In this document: positions 47,297 through 56,470 of the stretch, piece by piece
How the letters are laid out: the number at the start of each line of letters is the position of its first letter
How positions within the stretch are numbered: position 1 is the stretch's first letter
Translations under genes and position numbers: made by a program
The notes under the pieces: generated by a model
Databases searched by the model: none
Told to the model about the DNA's origin: nothing
What the model saw: the letters and a program-made list of their open reading frames with translations, nothing else
Assembly: GCA_965215195.1 (NCBI GenBank)
Contig: CBDCDC010000002.1
Coordinates: 2,848,001-2,912,000, forward strand
DNA from: Candidatus Latescibacterota bacterium
GTDB lineage: Bacteria; Latescibacterota; UBA2968; UBA8231
DNA length: 64,000 nucleotides
Direction of reading: 5' to 3'

Positions 47297-48082
47297 ATGG
47301 CAAACGGGCAAGGAATAGAGCTGGAGCAACGTCTAAAAGCAAGCGGCGTCAGCCTGTTAGGAGGCGTCGTATCCATAGCGATTATGAGCCTTATTTTTGG
47401 TCATCCCGAGTCGGCGGCCGGTGCTTTCCTGCTAGATCGCCACACCGAGAATTTCCCCTACCCGTTTACGATCCAAAACGTCATGTGGCTCATGTTTTGG
47501 CTTGGCTGCGGTGAACTCTGGGTGCGGTTTAACCAAGCCAAGCTCGAAACGGAGCAGGTGGCGAAACGCTATCTGCCGGAAGACGAGGAGGTTATGTTGC
47601 GGGCGCGGGATTTGGGTTCCTTTTATCAAAAGGTGCGGCCCAAGGCCGAGGAGCACCCCTTTTATTTACAGCGTCTGATCATGCGCTGTATTTTGCAATT
47701 TCAGGGGAGCCACTCGGTCAATCAGGCCAACTCCCTGTTGAATTCTTCCCTCGAACTATTCCAACACGAGCTCGAACTCAAATACGCGATGTTGCGCTAT
47801 CTCGTGTGGCTGATACCAACGTTGGGGTTTATCGGCACGGTGGTGGGCATTGCGTTTGCCTTGGATTACGCGGCCAACATTGAAGACCCACAGGACCCGA
47901 CCTTGCTGGCCGAAATCACCGGTCGGCTGGGCGTGGCGTTTTACACGACCCTGCTGGCGTTGGTTCAGTCGGCCCTGTTGGTGTTTGCGCTGCACATTGC
48001 ACAGAGCCGCGAAGAGATGGCCTTGAACCAATCTGGTCAATACTGTTTGGACAACTTAATCAACCGGCTTTACGAAAAGTAA
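47297..48082 (+). CDS. MotA/TolQ/ExbB proton channel family protein
   Basis: IPTLGFIGTVVGI and LGVAFYTTLLAL signature helices. Confidence 0.88.
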   Translation: MANGQGIELEQRLKASGVSLLGGVVSIAIMSLIFGHPESAAGAFLLDRHTENFPYPFTIQNVMWLMFWLGCGELWVRFNQAKLETEQVAKRYLPEDEEVMLRARDLGSFYQKVRPKAEEHPFYLQRLIMRCILQFQGSHSVNQANSLLNSSLELFQHELELKYAMLRYLVWLIPTLGFIGTVVGIAFALDYAANIEDPQDPTLLAEITGRLGVAFYTTLLALVQSALLVFALHIAQSREEMALNQSGQYCLDNLINRLYEK

Positions 48083-48115
48083 GTTGCTGGAACAACCCAA
48101 AAATAGGAGGGCACC

Positions 48116-48769
48116 ATGCCTGTTTATCGCGGACCCGATGGCAAAATCATTGAAGAGAAAACCGATAAGCGGAAGGAGGATACCAAACCAACGGACAGAG
48201 CTGACAGGCCGTTGCCGCCGGCACCACCGGATGGCGAGCAACCCGCCGGTGCCGGGCGTTTAGATGCGCCCACCCAGCGAATGGGCGAAAGCCGTGCGCC
48301 GGCCAATGTCGGCGCGGAGGAGCGGACGCGCTTGGTGGGAGGGCGGCCGCGGCGAGAAGACGAGGAGCGCCGGCAGGAGCGCGCCGCAGCGGATCGCGGC
48401 ATGGATGATCCGGTTGTGGGGTGGCTGGTGGTTGTGGAGGGGCCGGGCAAGGGGCGGGCCGTGCAATTGGGATATGGTTCCAATTCACTTGGACGCGGGG
48501 CCACCGACCGCATCAAGCTCGATTTTGGCGACGATCAGATTTCGCGCAATGGCCATGCCGTTGTCACGTACGATCCGCGCGGCCGGAGGTTTTACGTGCA
48601 GCACGGCGGCGGCAAGAATCTGACGTATCTCGGGGACCAGCCCGTGCTCACACCGGCTGAGTTGCCGGCGCTGAGTCACATTAGCATCGGCAATACGGTT
48701 CTCCGCTTCGTGCCCCTGTGCGGTGCTGAGTTTGATTGGCAGGATGCAGAAGGAAGCGAGGCGCGATGA
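48116..48769 (+). CDS. FHA domain protein with disordered N-terminal tail
   Basis: PVVGWLVVVEGP, LGRG...DDQISR.GHA, NLTYL; AGGAGG RBS. Confidence 0.85.
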   Translation: MPVYRGPDGKIIEEKTDKRKEDTKPTDRADRPLPPAPPDGEQPAGAGRLDAPTQRMGESRAPANVGAEERTRLVGGRPRREDEERRQERAAADRGMDDPVVGWLVVVEGPGKGRAVQLGYGSNSLGRGATDRIKLDFGDDQISRNGHAVVTYDPRGRRFYVQHGGGKNLTYLGDQPVLTPAELPALSHISIGNTVLRFVPLCGAEFDWQDAEGSEAR

Positions 48770-49803
48770 ACGAATTAGACGGGCGCTTTGCCGCACGGCA
48801 AATTCCCGGCCAACGGGACTATCAAGAGGATGACTACGGCCTGTTAGATGGGCGCGACCTCGGCTTAGGCGGCCGCGAGCACACCATGTTGTTGGTGGCC
48901 GATGGCATGGGCGGCCACGTGGGCGGCGCAACGGCCAGTGGTCTTTTGAGCAAGACCTTTGTCGAGGCGTATCCGCAGGCTTCGGGGCCCATCGTCGATC
49001 GGCTGCGGGCCTGTCTCCAAGAGGCTAATGAAGCCATGGCTGCGGCCATTGCCGAAAATCCCGCACTCGACAGCATGGGTTCGACCTTGGTTGCGGCTGT
49101 TGTTTCAAGCGAAGGGCTGAACTGGATCAGCGTGGGCGACTCCCCGCTGTGGTTGTTTCGCGAGGGTGAATTGAGCCGGTTGAATGCCGATCATTCGATG
49201 GCGCCGGTTCTTGCGGATCTGGTGGCCACCGGGCGCATGACCGCAGCGGAAGCCGCTCAGGATCCAAGTCGGCATTCGCTGCGCTCGGCGGTCATGGGCG
49301 ACGACATCCATTTGATTGACGTATCATCGCAGCCGGTGGCTGTGCAGCAGGGCGACCGGGTACTCTTGGCGAGCGACGGTTTGATGACCCTCAGCGAGCA
49401 AGCGATCGCGGCGATCCTTAGAGAAAGGCAAGACGCGCCCTTGGAGGATAGTGCCGCAGCCCTTATCCAAGCGGTGGAAGCGGCCGAACATCCCCATCAG
49501 GACAATACGACCGTCTTGTTATACGCGCCGGCTGAGGGCGCGGAATTGGCGGCGGCTGATGTTGGCGGGGGGGAAGCTGCTCAGGGTAAGCCGCGATTGA
49601 AGCGCTGGGCTGGACTGTTGGGGATGTTGCTATGCGTTACTGTCTTATTGGGGGTGTTTTATTGGCTTGGGCCGGGCGAAGATGCGGCTGTTGAACCCAG
49701 TGAAGGCCCTGATGTTCAAGTGCCAGTGGCGTCCGACGCCGAAGAGGGCGCACCCGCTTCTCAGGAGGATAGCACCCGTACGGGACTGAACGAGCATGAG
49801 TGA
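48766..49803 (+). CDS. PP2C/PPM Ser/Thr phosphatase with C-terminal TM
   Basis: R..QED, VADGMGGH.GG, MGSTL, VGDS, DHS, LASDGL, DNTT; TM near the C-terminus. Confidence 0.93.
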   Translation: MNELDGRFAARQIPGQRDYQEDDYGLLDGRDLGLGGREHTMLLVADGMGGHVGGATASGLLSKTFVEAYPQASGPIVDRLRACLQEANEAMAAAIAENPALDSMGSTLVAAVVSSEGLNWISVGDSPLWLFREGELSRLNADHSMAPVLADLVATGRMTAAEAAQDPSRHSLRSAVMGDDIHLIDVSSQPVAVQQGDRVLLASDGLMTLSEQAIAAILRERQDAPLEDSAAALIQAVEAAEHPHQDNTTVLLYAPAEGAELAAADVGGGEAAQGKPRLKRWAGLLGMLLCVTVLLGVFYWLGPGEDAAVEPSEGPDVQVPVASDAEEGAPASQEDSTRTGLNEHE

Positions 49804-51454
49804 GGAACAGCATCGCTTGGCGCTGCCGCAGGGGACGCGCATCCGGGACTTTGAATTTCACCGCGTCCTCGGCCACGGCGGGTTTGGCATCACCTATCTG
49901 GGATGGAACATGGCCTTGGATATTCCCGTGGCGATCAAGGAATATCTACCGGCCGACTTGGCTACCCGTGAGCAGGACTTGTCGGTCGTGCCGCAGACGG
50001 CGCAGGCGGCGTCGGACTTTCAGTGGGGCTTGGAGCGGTTTTTGGACGAAGCGCGCACGCTGGCGCGCTTTCAGCACCCCAACATCGTCCGCGTCCATCA
50101 CTTCTTTGAAGCGCATAGCACAGCCTATATCGCAATGGACTATGTGGAGGGGGAGGACTTGTCGGCGCATCTTGAGCGCAAGGGGACACTGAGCGAAGAC
50201 GCGCTAAAGGGTATTCTGGATCCGCTGTTGAGTGCCTTAGAAGTGGTGCATCAAGCGGCTTTTCTGCATCGGGACATCAAGCCGGGCAACATCGTCCTGC
50301 GCGATTCGGATGGCTCGCCGGTGTTGTTGGACTTTGGTGCGGCGCGGCAAGCGATTGGGGCGAAGAGTCGTTCGGTGACGTCGCTCGTGACGCCGGGGTA
50401 TGCGCCGCTTGAGCAGTATTCGAGTCGGGGTCGTCAGGGTGCATGGACGGATATTTATGCGTTAGGTGCGGTGTGCTATCGGGCGTTGACCGGGGACGTG
50501 CCGGCGGATGCGACGGATCGGATGCGGGAGGATCCGCTGATTCCGGTATCGCAGCGGTGTGCGGGTCAAGCCAGTCCAGCGTTTTTGTCGGCGATAGATG
50601 CAGCATTGGCAGTAAATGAGGGAGATCGTCCGCAGAGTGTTGGGGATTGGCGGGCGGCGATGGCGGTGGACGCGGCCCCGCAGCACGAGCGGATCCCTTC
50701 GTTGGCCAAGCGGTATGCGGCTCGGATAAGCCAAACGTTTCTTTCGGTGATTAATAAGACATTGATGCGAGGAAGGCAGGGCGCGAGCAGTGAGACCGCT
50801 GATGCGCCACTTTCTACTCAGTCAGCAGCCAAAGTTAAAGAGGCGAAGCGTTTGAACAGGTGGTTTAAGCTCCACTACATTTGCCTTGCTGCCATCATAC
50901 CGGTATTGACAGCACTATTTGTTGGTATCGCGGTGGTATTTATCTCCCCACAAGGCGAGCGTATCCTCAAAGATCTGATCCGTTTTTTAGAGTCGCAGCG
51001 GTTAGAGTCATACCCGAGTAGCGTATTCGGACTGTTTGGCATCATAATCGCGATTGTTACGGCCGTGTTCGGGTTGATTGCTTTTGTATCCGGGTTGCGT
51101 ATCCTGCATAAATTGTGGTCCCTCATCTCCGCTCACAAAGCAAAGACGACACCAAGCGAAGCCGTTGGATTTTTCTTTATACCGCTGTTCGGTTTCTACT
51201 GGAACTTCATTGCAATTTACGGTCTCGCCAAAGCCCTCAATACCGAAATTGGTCGAAAATCAGTCAGTGAGGCGGCCAGTTTTATCTATTGCTGCTCATT
51301 TTTGCTTGGCCCTCTATGGGTGATAATGGGATGGCGAGAGGATCAGATTTGGATGGTCCCTATTGGATATATTGTTATGGTTGTGCTCTGGTTCGTCGTT
51401 CTGAGGCAAATGCAGAGTGCTGGTATGTTCATTTTGCAAGCGGATAAGGTGTAG
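49796..51454 (+). CDS. Ser/Thr kinase with multi-TM C-terminal domain
   Basis: LGHGGFG, VAIKEY, HRDIKPGN, DFG, TPGYAPLEQ; several hydrophobic helices in an AT-richer tail. Confidence 0.92.
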   Translation: MSEEQHRLALPQGTRIRDFEFHRVLGHGGFGITYLGWNMALDIPVAIKEYLPADLATREQDLSVVPQTAQAASDFQWGLERFLDEARTLARFQHPNIVRVHHFFEAHSTAYIAMDYVEGEDLSAHLERKGTLSEDALKGILDPLLSALEVVHQAAFLHRDIKPGNIVLRDSDGSPVLLDFGAARQAIGAKSRSVTSLVTPGYAPLEQYSSRGRQGAWTDIYALGAVCYRALTGDVPADATDRMREDPLIPVSQRCAGQASPAFLSAIDAALAVNEGDRPQSVGDWRAAMAVDAAPQHERIPSLAKRYAARISQTFLSVINKTLMRGRQGASSETADAPLSTQSAAKVKEAKRLNRWFKLHYICLAAIIPVLTALFVGIAVVFISPQGERILKDLIRFLESQRLESYPSSVFGLFGIIIAIVTAVFGLIAFVSGLRILHKLWSLISAHKAKTTPSEAVGFFFIPLFGFYWNFIAIYGLAKALNTEIGRKSVSEAASFIYCCSFLLGPLWVIMGWREDQIWMVPIGYIVMVVLWFVVLRQMQSAGMFILQADKV

Positions 51455-51583
51455 TTACTAACGTTCTCACTTTTTCTAAGAGGCCGTCTGCAAACCCCTT
51501 GTGCGGTCCTCTGCGGCCCATAGTTGCGCCGCTACGGTGGCCGAAAGTGAAATACACTGTTTGTTGAAAGGATCGGAGATACG

Positions 51584-52396
51584 ATGAGCGAAGAGCAACA
51601 CCCCCTTCACGCCTTGCCCCAAGGCCATCGGCTGCAAGAATACGAACTGGTGCGCGTGTTGGGCTTTGGCGGCTTCGGCATGACGTATTTGGGTTTCGAT
51701 CACAACTTGGACAAGGCCGTCGCTATCAAAGAATACCTACCGTCCGACATCGCTACCCGCACGGCCGATGGCAGCGTCGCCCCGCAAGCCAGCACCTTTC
51801 GCGGCGATTTCCAATGGGGCTTAGAGCGGTTTTTGGACGAAGCGCGCACGTTGGCGCGGTTTGATCATCGCCACATCATTAAAGTGCATCGTTTCTTTGA
51901 AGCGCATGGTACGGCGTATATCGTGATGGAGTATGCCGAAGGCGAGACCTTATCGGCGCATCTGGAGCGCAAGGGGCCGCTGACGGAAGCCGAACTCAAG
52001 ACGATTCTGTATCCGATTTTGGACGGTTTGGAAGTGGTGCATCAAGCGGCTTTTCTGCATCGGGACATCAAGCCGGGCAACATCGTCCTGCGCGATGAGG
52101 ACGCTTCGCCGGTGTTGTTGGACTTTGGTGCGGCGCGGCAGGCGATTGGGGCGAAGAGTCGTTCAGTGACGTCGATCGTGACGCCGGGATATGCGCCGAT
52201 AGAGCAGTATTCGAGTCGGGGTCGTCAGGGTGCATGGACGGACATTTACGCGTTGGGAGGCGTGTGCTATCGGGCGTTGACCGGACAGGTGCCGGAGGAT
52301 GCGCAGCAGGCTACGGGGGCTGACGCGCCCATCGTGGCGCGTGTGGAGCCGGCCGGCCGTTTTCACGGGCGCAGGCTTTTAGGCGCGACCTACTGA
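51584..52396 (+). pseudogene. Truncated Ser/Thr kinase, near-copy of the 39425 kinase domain
   Basis: Near-identical to 39425.. up to VPEDA, then jumps to a linker-like segment and stops; lacks the last kinase subdomains, TM and sensor. Confidence 0.75.
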
Positions 52397-52405
52397 TAGG
52401 CTGAA

Positions 52406-53038
52406 ATGGAAACTCCTGCAATAGTGCAAGTGCTGGAACTGACCTCTTGGTGGGAGGTGCCAGCCGTCGTCTTGGCCATTCTCTACTTGGTATTGGCCGC
52501 GCGGGAAAACATCTGGTGTTGGGCGGCAGCTTTCGCCAGTACCGCGATTTACATCTACGTCTTCTTCGATGTTAAGCTGTTCCTAGAATCGGCCCTACAG
52601 ATTTACTACTTGGCCATGGCGGTCTATGGCTGGTACCAATGGCGGCATCCCTCCGATCAATCCTCATCACTGCCTATCTCTACTTGGTCGCTCAAAAAGC
52701 ACAGCTTGGTCATTGCTGCGACGGGGGCCATTGTGGTGACGTCCGGGTATCTTTTGCACAAAAACACGACGGCAGCACTGCCTTATGTCGATGCCTTTAC
52801 CACTTGGTATGCGGTGGTGACGACCTATATGGTAACAAGAAAAATTCTGGAAAACTGGGGGTACTGGTTTGTCATCGACAGCGTGTCGGTTTACCTCTAC
52901 TATAGCCGAGGGCTGTACCTGACCGCTTTGTTGTTTGTCGCGTATCTAATTATCATCGTCTTTGGCTATGTGAAATGGAAAAAGAAGTACGACCGGCAAA
53001 TGTCCAAACCGACCCACGAAGAAGAATTGAGCGCGTGA
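52406..53038 (+). CDS. pnuC: PnuC-family (nicotinamide riboside/vitamin) transporter
   Basis: ENIWCW, LQIYY, YGWYQW, PYVDAFTT, K.LENW.YW..ID. Confidence 0.9.
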   Translation: METPAIVQVLELTSWWEVPAVVLAILYLVLAARENIWCWAAAFASTAIYIYVFFDVKLFLESALQIYYLAMAVYGWYQWRHPSDQSSSLPISTWSLKKHSLVIAATGAIVVTSGYLLHKNTTAALPYVDAFTTWYAVVTTYMVTRKILENWGYWFVIDSVSVYLYYSRGLYLTALLFVAYLIIIVFGYVKWKKKYDRQMSKPTHEEELSA

Positions 53039-53042
53039 GCGT

Positions 53043-53900
53043 ATGAAACGAACAGAGACCTGTGGACCTGTGGCCATCCAAGGATACACCGGATCGTTTA
53101 GCGAGGCGGCCGCACGGGCCTATTTTTCCCCAGAGACACAACTGGCACCACAGCCCGATTTCAAGGCGCTTTTCGCCGCGGTGGAAGACGAGTCTTGCGC
53201 CTGCGGCGTCGTGCCCATCGAGAATTCGCTGATGGGCAGCATCCACGAGAATTACGATCTGCTGCTGCAAAGCGACGTACACATCGTCGGCGAACTCAAG
53301 CTGCGCATCGTCCACAACCTCATCGTCAATCCGGGCGTGCAGCTAGCGGACATCCGCTACATTGCGTCGCAGCCGCCCGCCTTAGCCCAATGCACTCGCT
53401 TCATCCACTCGTTGGCCGGTGCGCAGACCATAGCGGCGGATGATACGGCCGGCGCGGTCAAAGAGCTGGCCGCGAGCGGTATGCGCGACCGCGGGGCCAT
53501 AGCCGGAGCGCGTGCGGCCGCCGCGTACGGAATGGAGATCCTCGTGTCCGGCATTGAGGACGCTCCGCACAATTTTACCCGCTTCTTGGTAGTGAGCCGC
53601 CGAGCCGCGTCAGTGCCGGCCGAGCCAGCCAAGACCACGCTCGTCTTTGGGCTAAGGGACGTGCCGGGCGCGTTGTGCCGGAGCCTCGCGGCCTTTGCCG
53701 AGCGCGGCATCAACCTGCTCAAAATCGAGTCGCGGCCCATGCCCGAGCGGCCTTGGGAATACGTCTTCTATCTCGATTTGGAGGGCCATTTGGAGCAGAC
53801 GGCTTGCGCCCAAGCCGTGGAGCATCTGCGGGAGACCGCTGAATTCGCCCGCATCTTGGGCTCGTACCGGCAGGGCGATACGGTCGAGGACTCGGGGTAG
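53043..53900 (+). CDS. pheA: Prephenate dehydratase with ACT domain
   Basis: QG..GSFSE.A, VPIENS..GS, ALAQC, NFTRF, KIESRP, WEY.FY.D. Confidence 0.93.
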   Translation: MKRTETCGPVAIQGYTGSFSEAAARAYFSPETQLAPQPDFKALFAAVEDESCACGVVPIENSLMGSIHENYDLLLQSDVHIVGELKLRIVHNLIVNPGVQLADIRYIASQPPALAQCTRFIHSLAGAQTIAADDTAGAVKELAASGMRDRGAIAGARAAAAYGMEILVSGIEDAPHNFTRFLVVSRRAASVPAEPAKTTLVFGLRDVPGALCRSLAAFAERGINLLKIESRPMPERPWEYVFYLDLEGHLEQTACAQAVEHLRETAEFARILGSYRQGDTVEDSG

Positions 53901-53937
53901 ACACCCACGCCTAAAGGCGCGGTGAAGCAGACCGCTT

Positions 53938-54618
53938 CTAAGACTCGGCTAAGAAGTTGGCGAGGAGATCGACGGCGGCTGTCTGGCCTATTTTGCCGGT
54001 GTTGATCGTCAGGTCGTAGAGCAGGGGGTCGTTCCAGTCGGCCTGGTGGAAGTTGCGCAGGTAGCTCTGACGCCATTGGTCGTGTTGCTCGATGAGTTTC
54101 TGCGCTTGCTCGCGATCCACGTCGCGGTTCTGCATCAATCGTTCAATCCGCGTTTCGAGCGGGGCGATGATTTTGACGTGGCAGGCATTGGGGTGGTCGG
54201 CGAGGATGACTTGGCTGGCCCGGCCGACGATGACGGCCCGGCCGTCTTGGCCGAACTCCTGCACGAGGGTCGTGATGAGTAGCTGGTACGTGCCGCGGTC
54301 GAGGTACGTGGCTTCGCTGGCCTCGTGATCGCGCATGTGGGGAAATTCGAGCCCAAACTCGGGCGCGTATGCGGCCGCCGATAGGGGAAAAGTCCCCGGG
54401 GCGACTTCAGGCACGAGCAACTTTTTGAGGAAGAACTTGAGCCGGCCCTCTCCCTTTTCGTCGTAGCGCTCCACCTCTTCGACCGAGGTGTCGGTGATGC
54501 TGGCGATCTCTTCGACGAGGCGGCGGTCGATAAATGCGTAGCCCAGCTTGGCGGCCAACTGCTCGGCGATCCAGTCGCCAAAGCTGCCGAGCTGACGGGC
54601 AACCGTGATGACAGTCAT
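53938..54618 (-). CDS. Cytidylate kinase-like family protein
   Basis: ITVARQLGSFG P-loop, VIVGR, YDL.INT. Confidence 0.82.
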   Translation of the reverse strand: MTVITVARQLGSFGDWIAEQLAAKLGYAFIDRRLVEEIASITDTSVEEVERYDEKGEGRLKFFLKKLLVPEVAPGTFPLSAAAYAPEFGLEFPHMRDHEASEATYLDRGTYQLLITTLVQEFGQDGRAVIVGRASQVILADHPNACHVKIIAPLETRIERLMQNRDVDREQAQKLIEQHDQWRQSYLRNFHQADWNDPLLYDLTINTGKIGQTAAVDLLANFLAES

Positions 54619-54698
54619 GGCGAGTCTCTTAGGTTGGGGTGCTCAGATACCAGCTTGTACTCATCTGTAAAGAGTATAAAAGGCGGGCGTTTGCCGTG

Positions 54699-55793
54699 TC
54701 AACGCTTTTCCAGCCGGCCCAACTGCGGTCCCAAGCGGATGGAATGGGTTTTGACGAGGCAGTAGATTGGGTCGCCGATGCCGAGCTGCATTTCCTCGAT
54801 GGCTTCTGGGGTCGTCTTGGCGGCCAGCCGCCGCCCGACATCCACGTAGATGAGCTGTTTCCCGCCCACATCGGCGATTGCGCTGATGGTCCCCTGCAAA
54901 GCATTGCGCACGCTCAGCCCTGCCGGGTGCTGGCGGGCGAGGACGATGTCGTCGGCGCGGATGCCGATGAAGAGGCGGCTGCCGACGGGTCGATCGCAGT
55001 AGGGAATTTTGAGCTGCTGACCGCAGCACAGAACCTCGCAGACGCCCCGCCCGGCGTCGGTCGCCGCAATTTCCACGTCGAGGACGTTTTCAAAGCCGTG
55101 TTCTTCCACCAACGGCAGGACTTGGGGGTGGGCGGCGATGGTGAAAAAGTCGCCGTGCGCCACGACTTGGCCGCGGTCGAGGACTACGACTTGGCTGGTG
55201 AGTTCGAGGATTTCGGCCACCGAGTGGCTGACGTAGAGAATGGGAATCTGGAGGGCATCGCGGACGTGGCACAAGTAGGGAATGATGCGGTTTTTGAGGC
55301 CCTGATCGAGCGAGGCCAGCGGCTCGTCCATCAGCAGGAGGCGCGGAGAAGCGAGCAGGGCGCGGCCCAAGGCAACGCGCTGGCGCTCGCCGCCGGACAG
55401 GTGCGCCGGCCGACGCTTGAGCAGGGGACCGATTTCGAGCAAATCGACGATCTGGTCCAAGGCAAAGCGGTGCGCCGCTGCCGGCAGCAGGTTGCGGCCA
55501 TAGCACAAGTTTTCCTCAGTGCTCAGGTGCGGAAAGAGCAAGTCGTCTTGAAACACGTAGCCGATGCGGCGGCGTTCGGGCGGCAAATTGATGCGCTGGG
55601 CCGAGGAGAACAGGGTTTGACCGTCTAGGGATATTTCGCCGGCATCTGGCCGCACCAACCCGGCGACCACGTCCAGCAGCGAGGTCTTGCCCGCGCCCGA
55701 CGGTCCGTACAGGGCGGTGACGGCATGGTGGCACTCGATATCGACGTCGAGCGCGAAGGGGTCTAGCTGGCGTTGAGCGCGGAGGCGGAGCAT
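54699..55793 (-). CDS. modC: Molybdate ABC transporter ATPase
   Basis: GPSGAGKT, LPPERRRIGYVFQ, LSGGE, MDEP, SVRNAL Mop/TOBE tail. Confidence 0.93.
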   Translation of the reverse strand: MLRLRAQRQLDPFALDVDIECHHAVTALYGPSGAGKTSLLDVVAGLVRPDAGEISLDGQTLFSSAQRINLPPERRRIGYVFQDDLLFPHLSTEENLCYGRNLLPAAAHRFALDQIVDLLEIGPLLKRRPAHLSGGERQRVALGRALLASPRLLLMDEPLASLDQGLKNRIIPYLCHVRDALQIPILYVSHSVAEILELTSQVVVLDRGQVVAHGDFFTIAAHPQVLPLVEEHGFENVLDVEIAATDAGRGVCEVLCCGQQLKIPYCDRPVGSRLFIGIRADDIVLARQHPAGLSVRNALQGTISAIADVGGKQLIYVDVGRRLAAKTTPEAIEEMQLGIGDPIYCLVKTHSIRLGPQLGRLEKR

Positions 55794-55795
55794 GG

Positions 55796-56470
55796 CTAAC
55801 TCGAGCGCAGGCGACGGGCCGACCACTCGCTGGCCACGAGGGCCAGCAGCGAAAGCGCGACCGAGACCACGATTAGCCCGACGACGCGGCCTTCTCCGTC
55901 CGGTTGGTTGAGATACGTGTAAATGGCCGAAGGAATGGTGCGGGTCTGCCCGGCGATATTGGCCGCAAACGTGATGGTCGCGCCGAACTCGCCCAAGGAG
56001 CGGGCAAAGGTCAACAGCGAGCCGACCAGCAGGCCGGGGGCGGCGAGGCGCAAGGTCACGGTCAGAAAGGCGCGCACCGGACCTGCTCCGAGGGTGCGGG
56101 CGACGCGCTCTAGGCGCGGGTCCACGCTTTCAATGCCGAGGCGCACCGAGCGCAGCATCAGGGGAAAGCCGACCACGGCCGAGGCCAGCACTGCGCCCTT
56201 CCAGTCGAAGGCTAGCTGGAGGTTGAGGGCTGCGAGCACCGGGCCGAAGAGACCGCGGCGGCCAAAGAGCAACAGGAGCAGATAGCCGGTGACCACCGGC
56301 GGCAGGACCAGCGGCAGGTGACAGAGGCCATCGAGCGCGATCTTGAGCGGAAACTCCCGCCGGGCCAGCAGCCAGCCCAGCAACACGGCCGGCAACAGGC
56401 TCAGCAGTACGCAGCAAAAGGCCACGCGCAGGGAGAGCAAGAGGACCTGCACTTCCTCAGTGCCGAACAC
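55796..56470 (-). CDS. modB: Molybdate ABC transporter permease
   Basis: LPLVLPPVVTGY, ARTLGA, FARSLGEFGATITFAANI. Confidence 0.94.
   Translation of the reverse strand: MFGTEEVQVLLLSLRVAFCCVLLSLLPAVLLGWLLARREFPLKIALDGLCHLPLVLPPVVTGYLLLLLFGRRGLFGPVLAALNLQLAFDWKGAVLASAVVGFPLMLRSVRLGIESVDPRLERVARTLGAGPVRAFLTVTLRLAAPGLLVGSLLTFARSLGEFGATITFAANIAGQTRTIPSAIYTYLNQPDGEGRVVGLIVVSVALSLLALVASEWSARRLRSS

Noticed and set aside
45957-48082. Zorya ZorAB or Ton/Tol ExbBD
   Set aside because: The MotA-like protein lacks the long ZorA tail, its partner has vWA rather than an OmpA or ExbD fold, and there is no ZorC/D/E, TonB or TolA/B/Pal
51476-51500. Possible IS end TAAGAGGCCGTCTGCAAA before kinase 3
   Set aside because: No partner inverted repeat or transposase found; too short to support
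39425-52396. Type VI secretion regulatory module (PpkA/PppA/Fha)
   Set aside because: No Tss structural genes, Hcp or VgrG in the window; trypsin-FHA and MotA components are not T6SS parts
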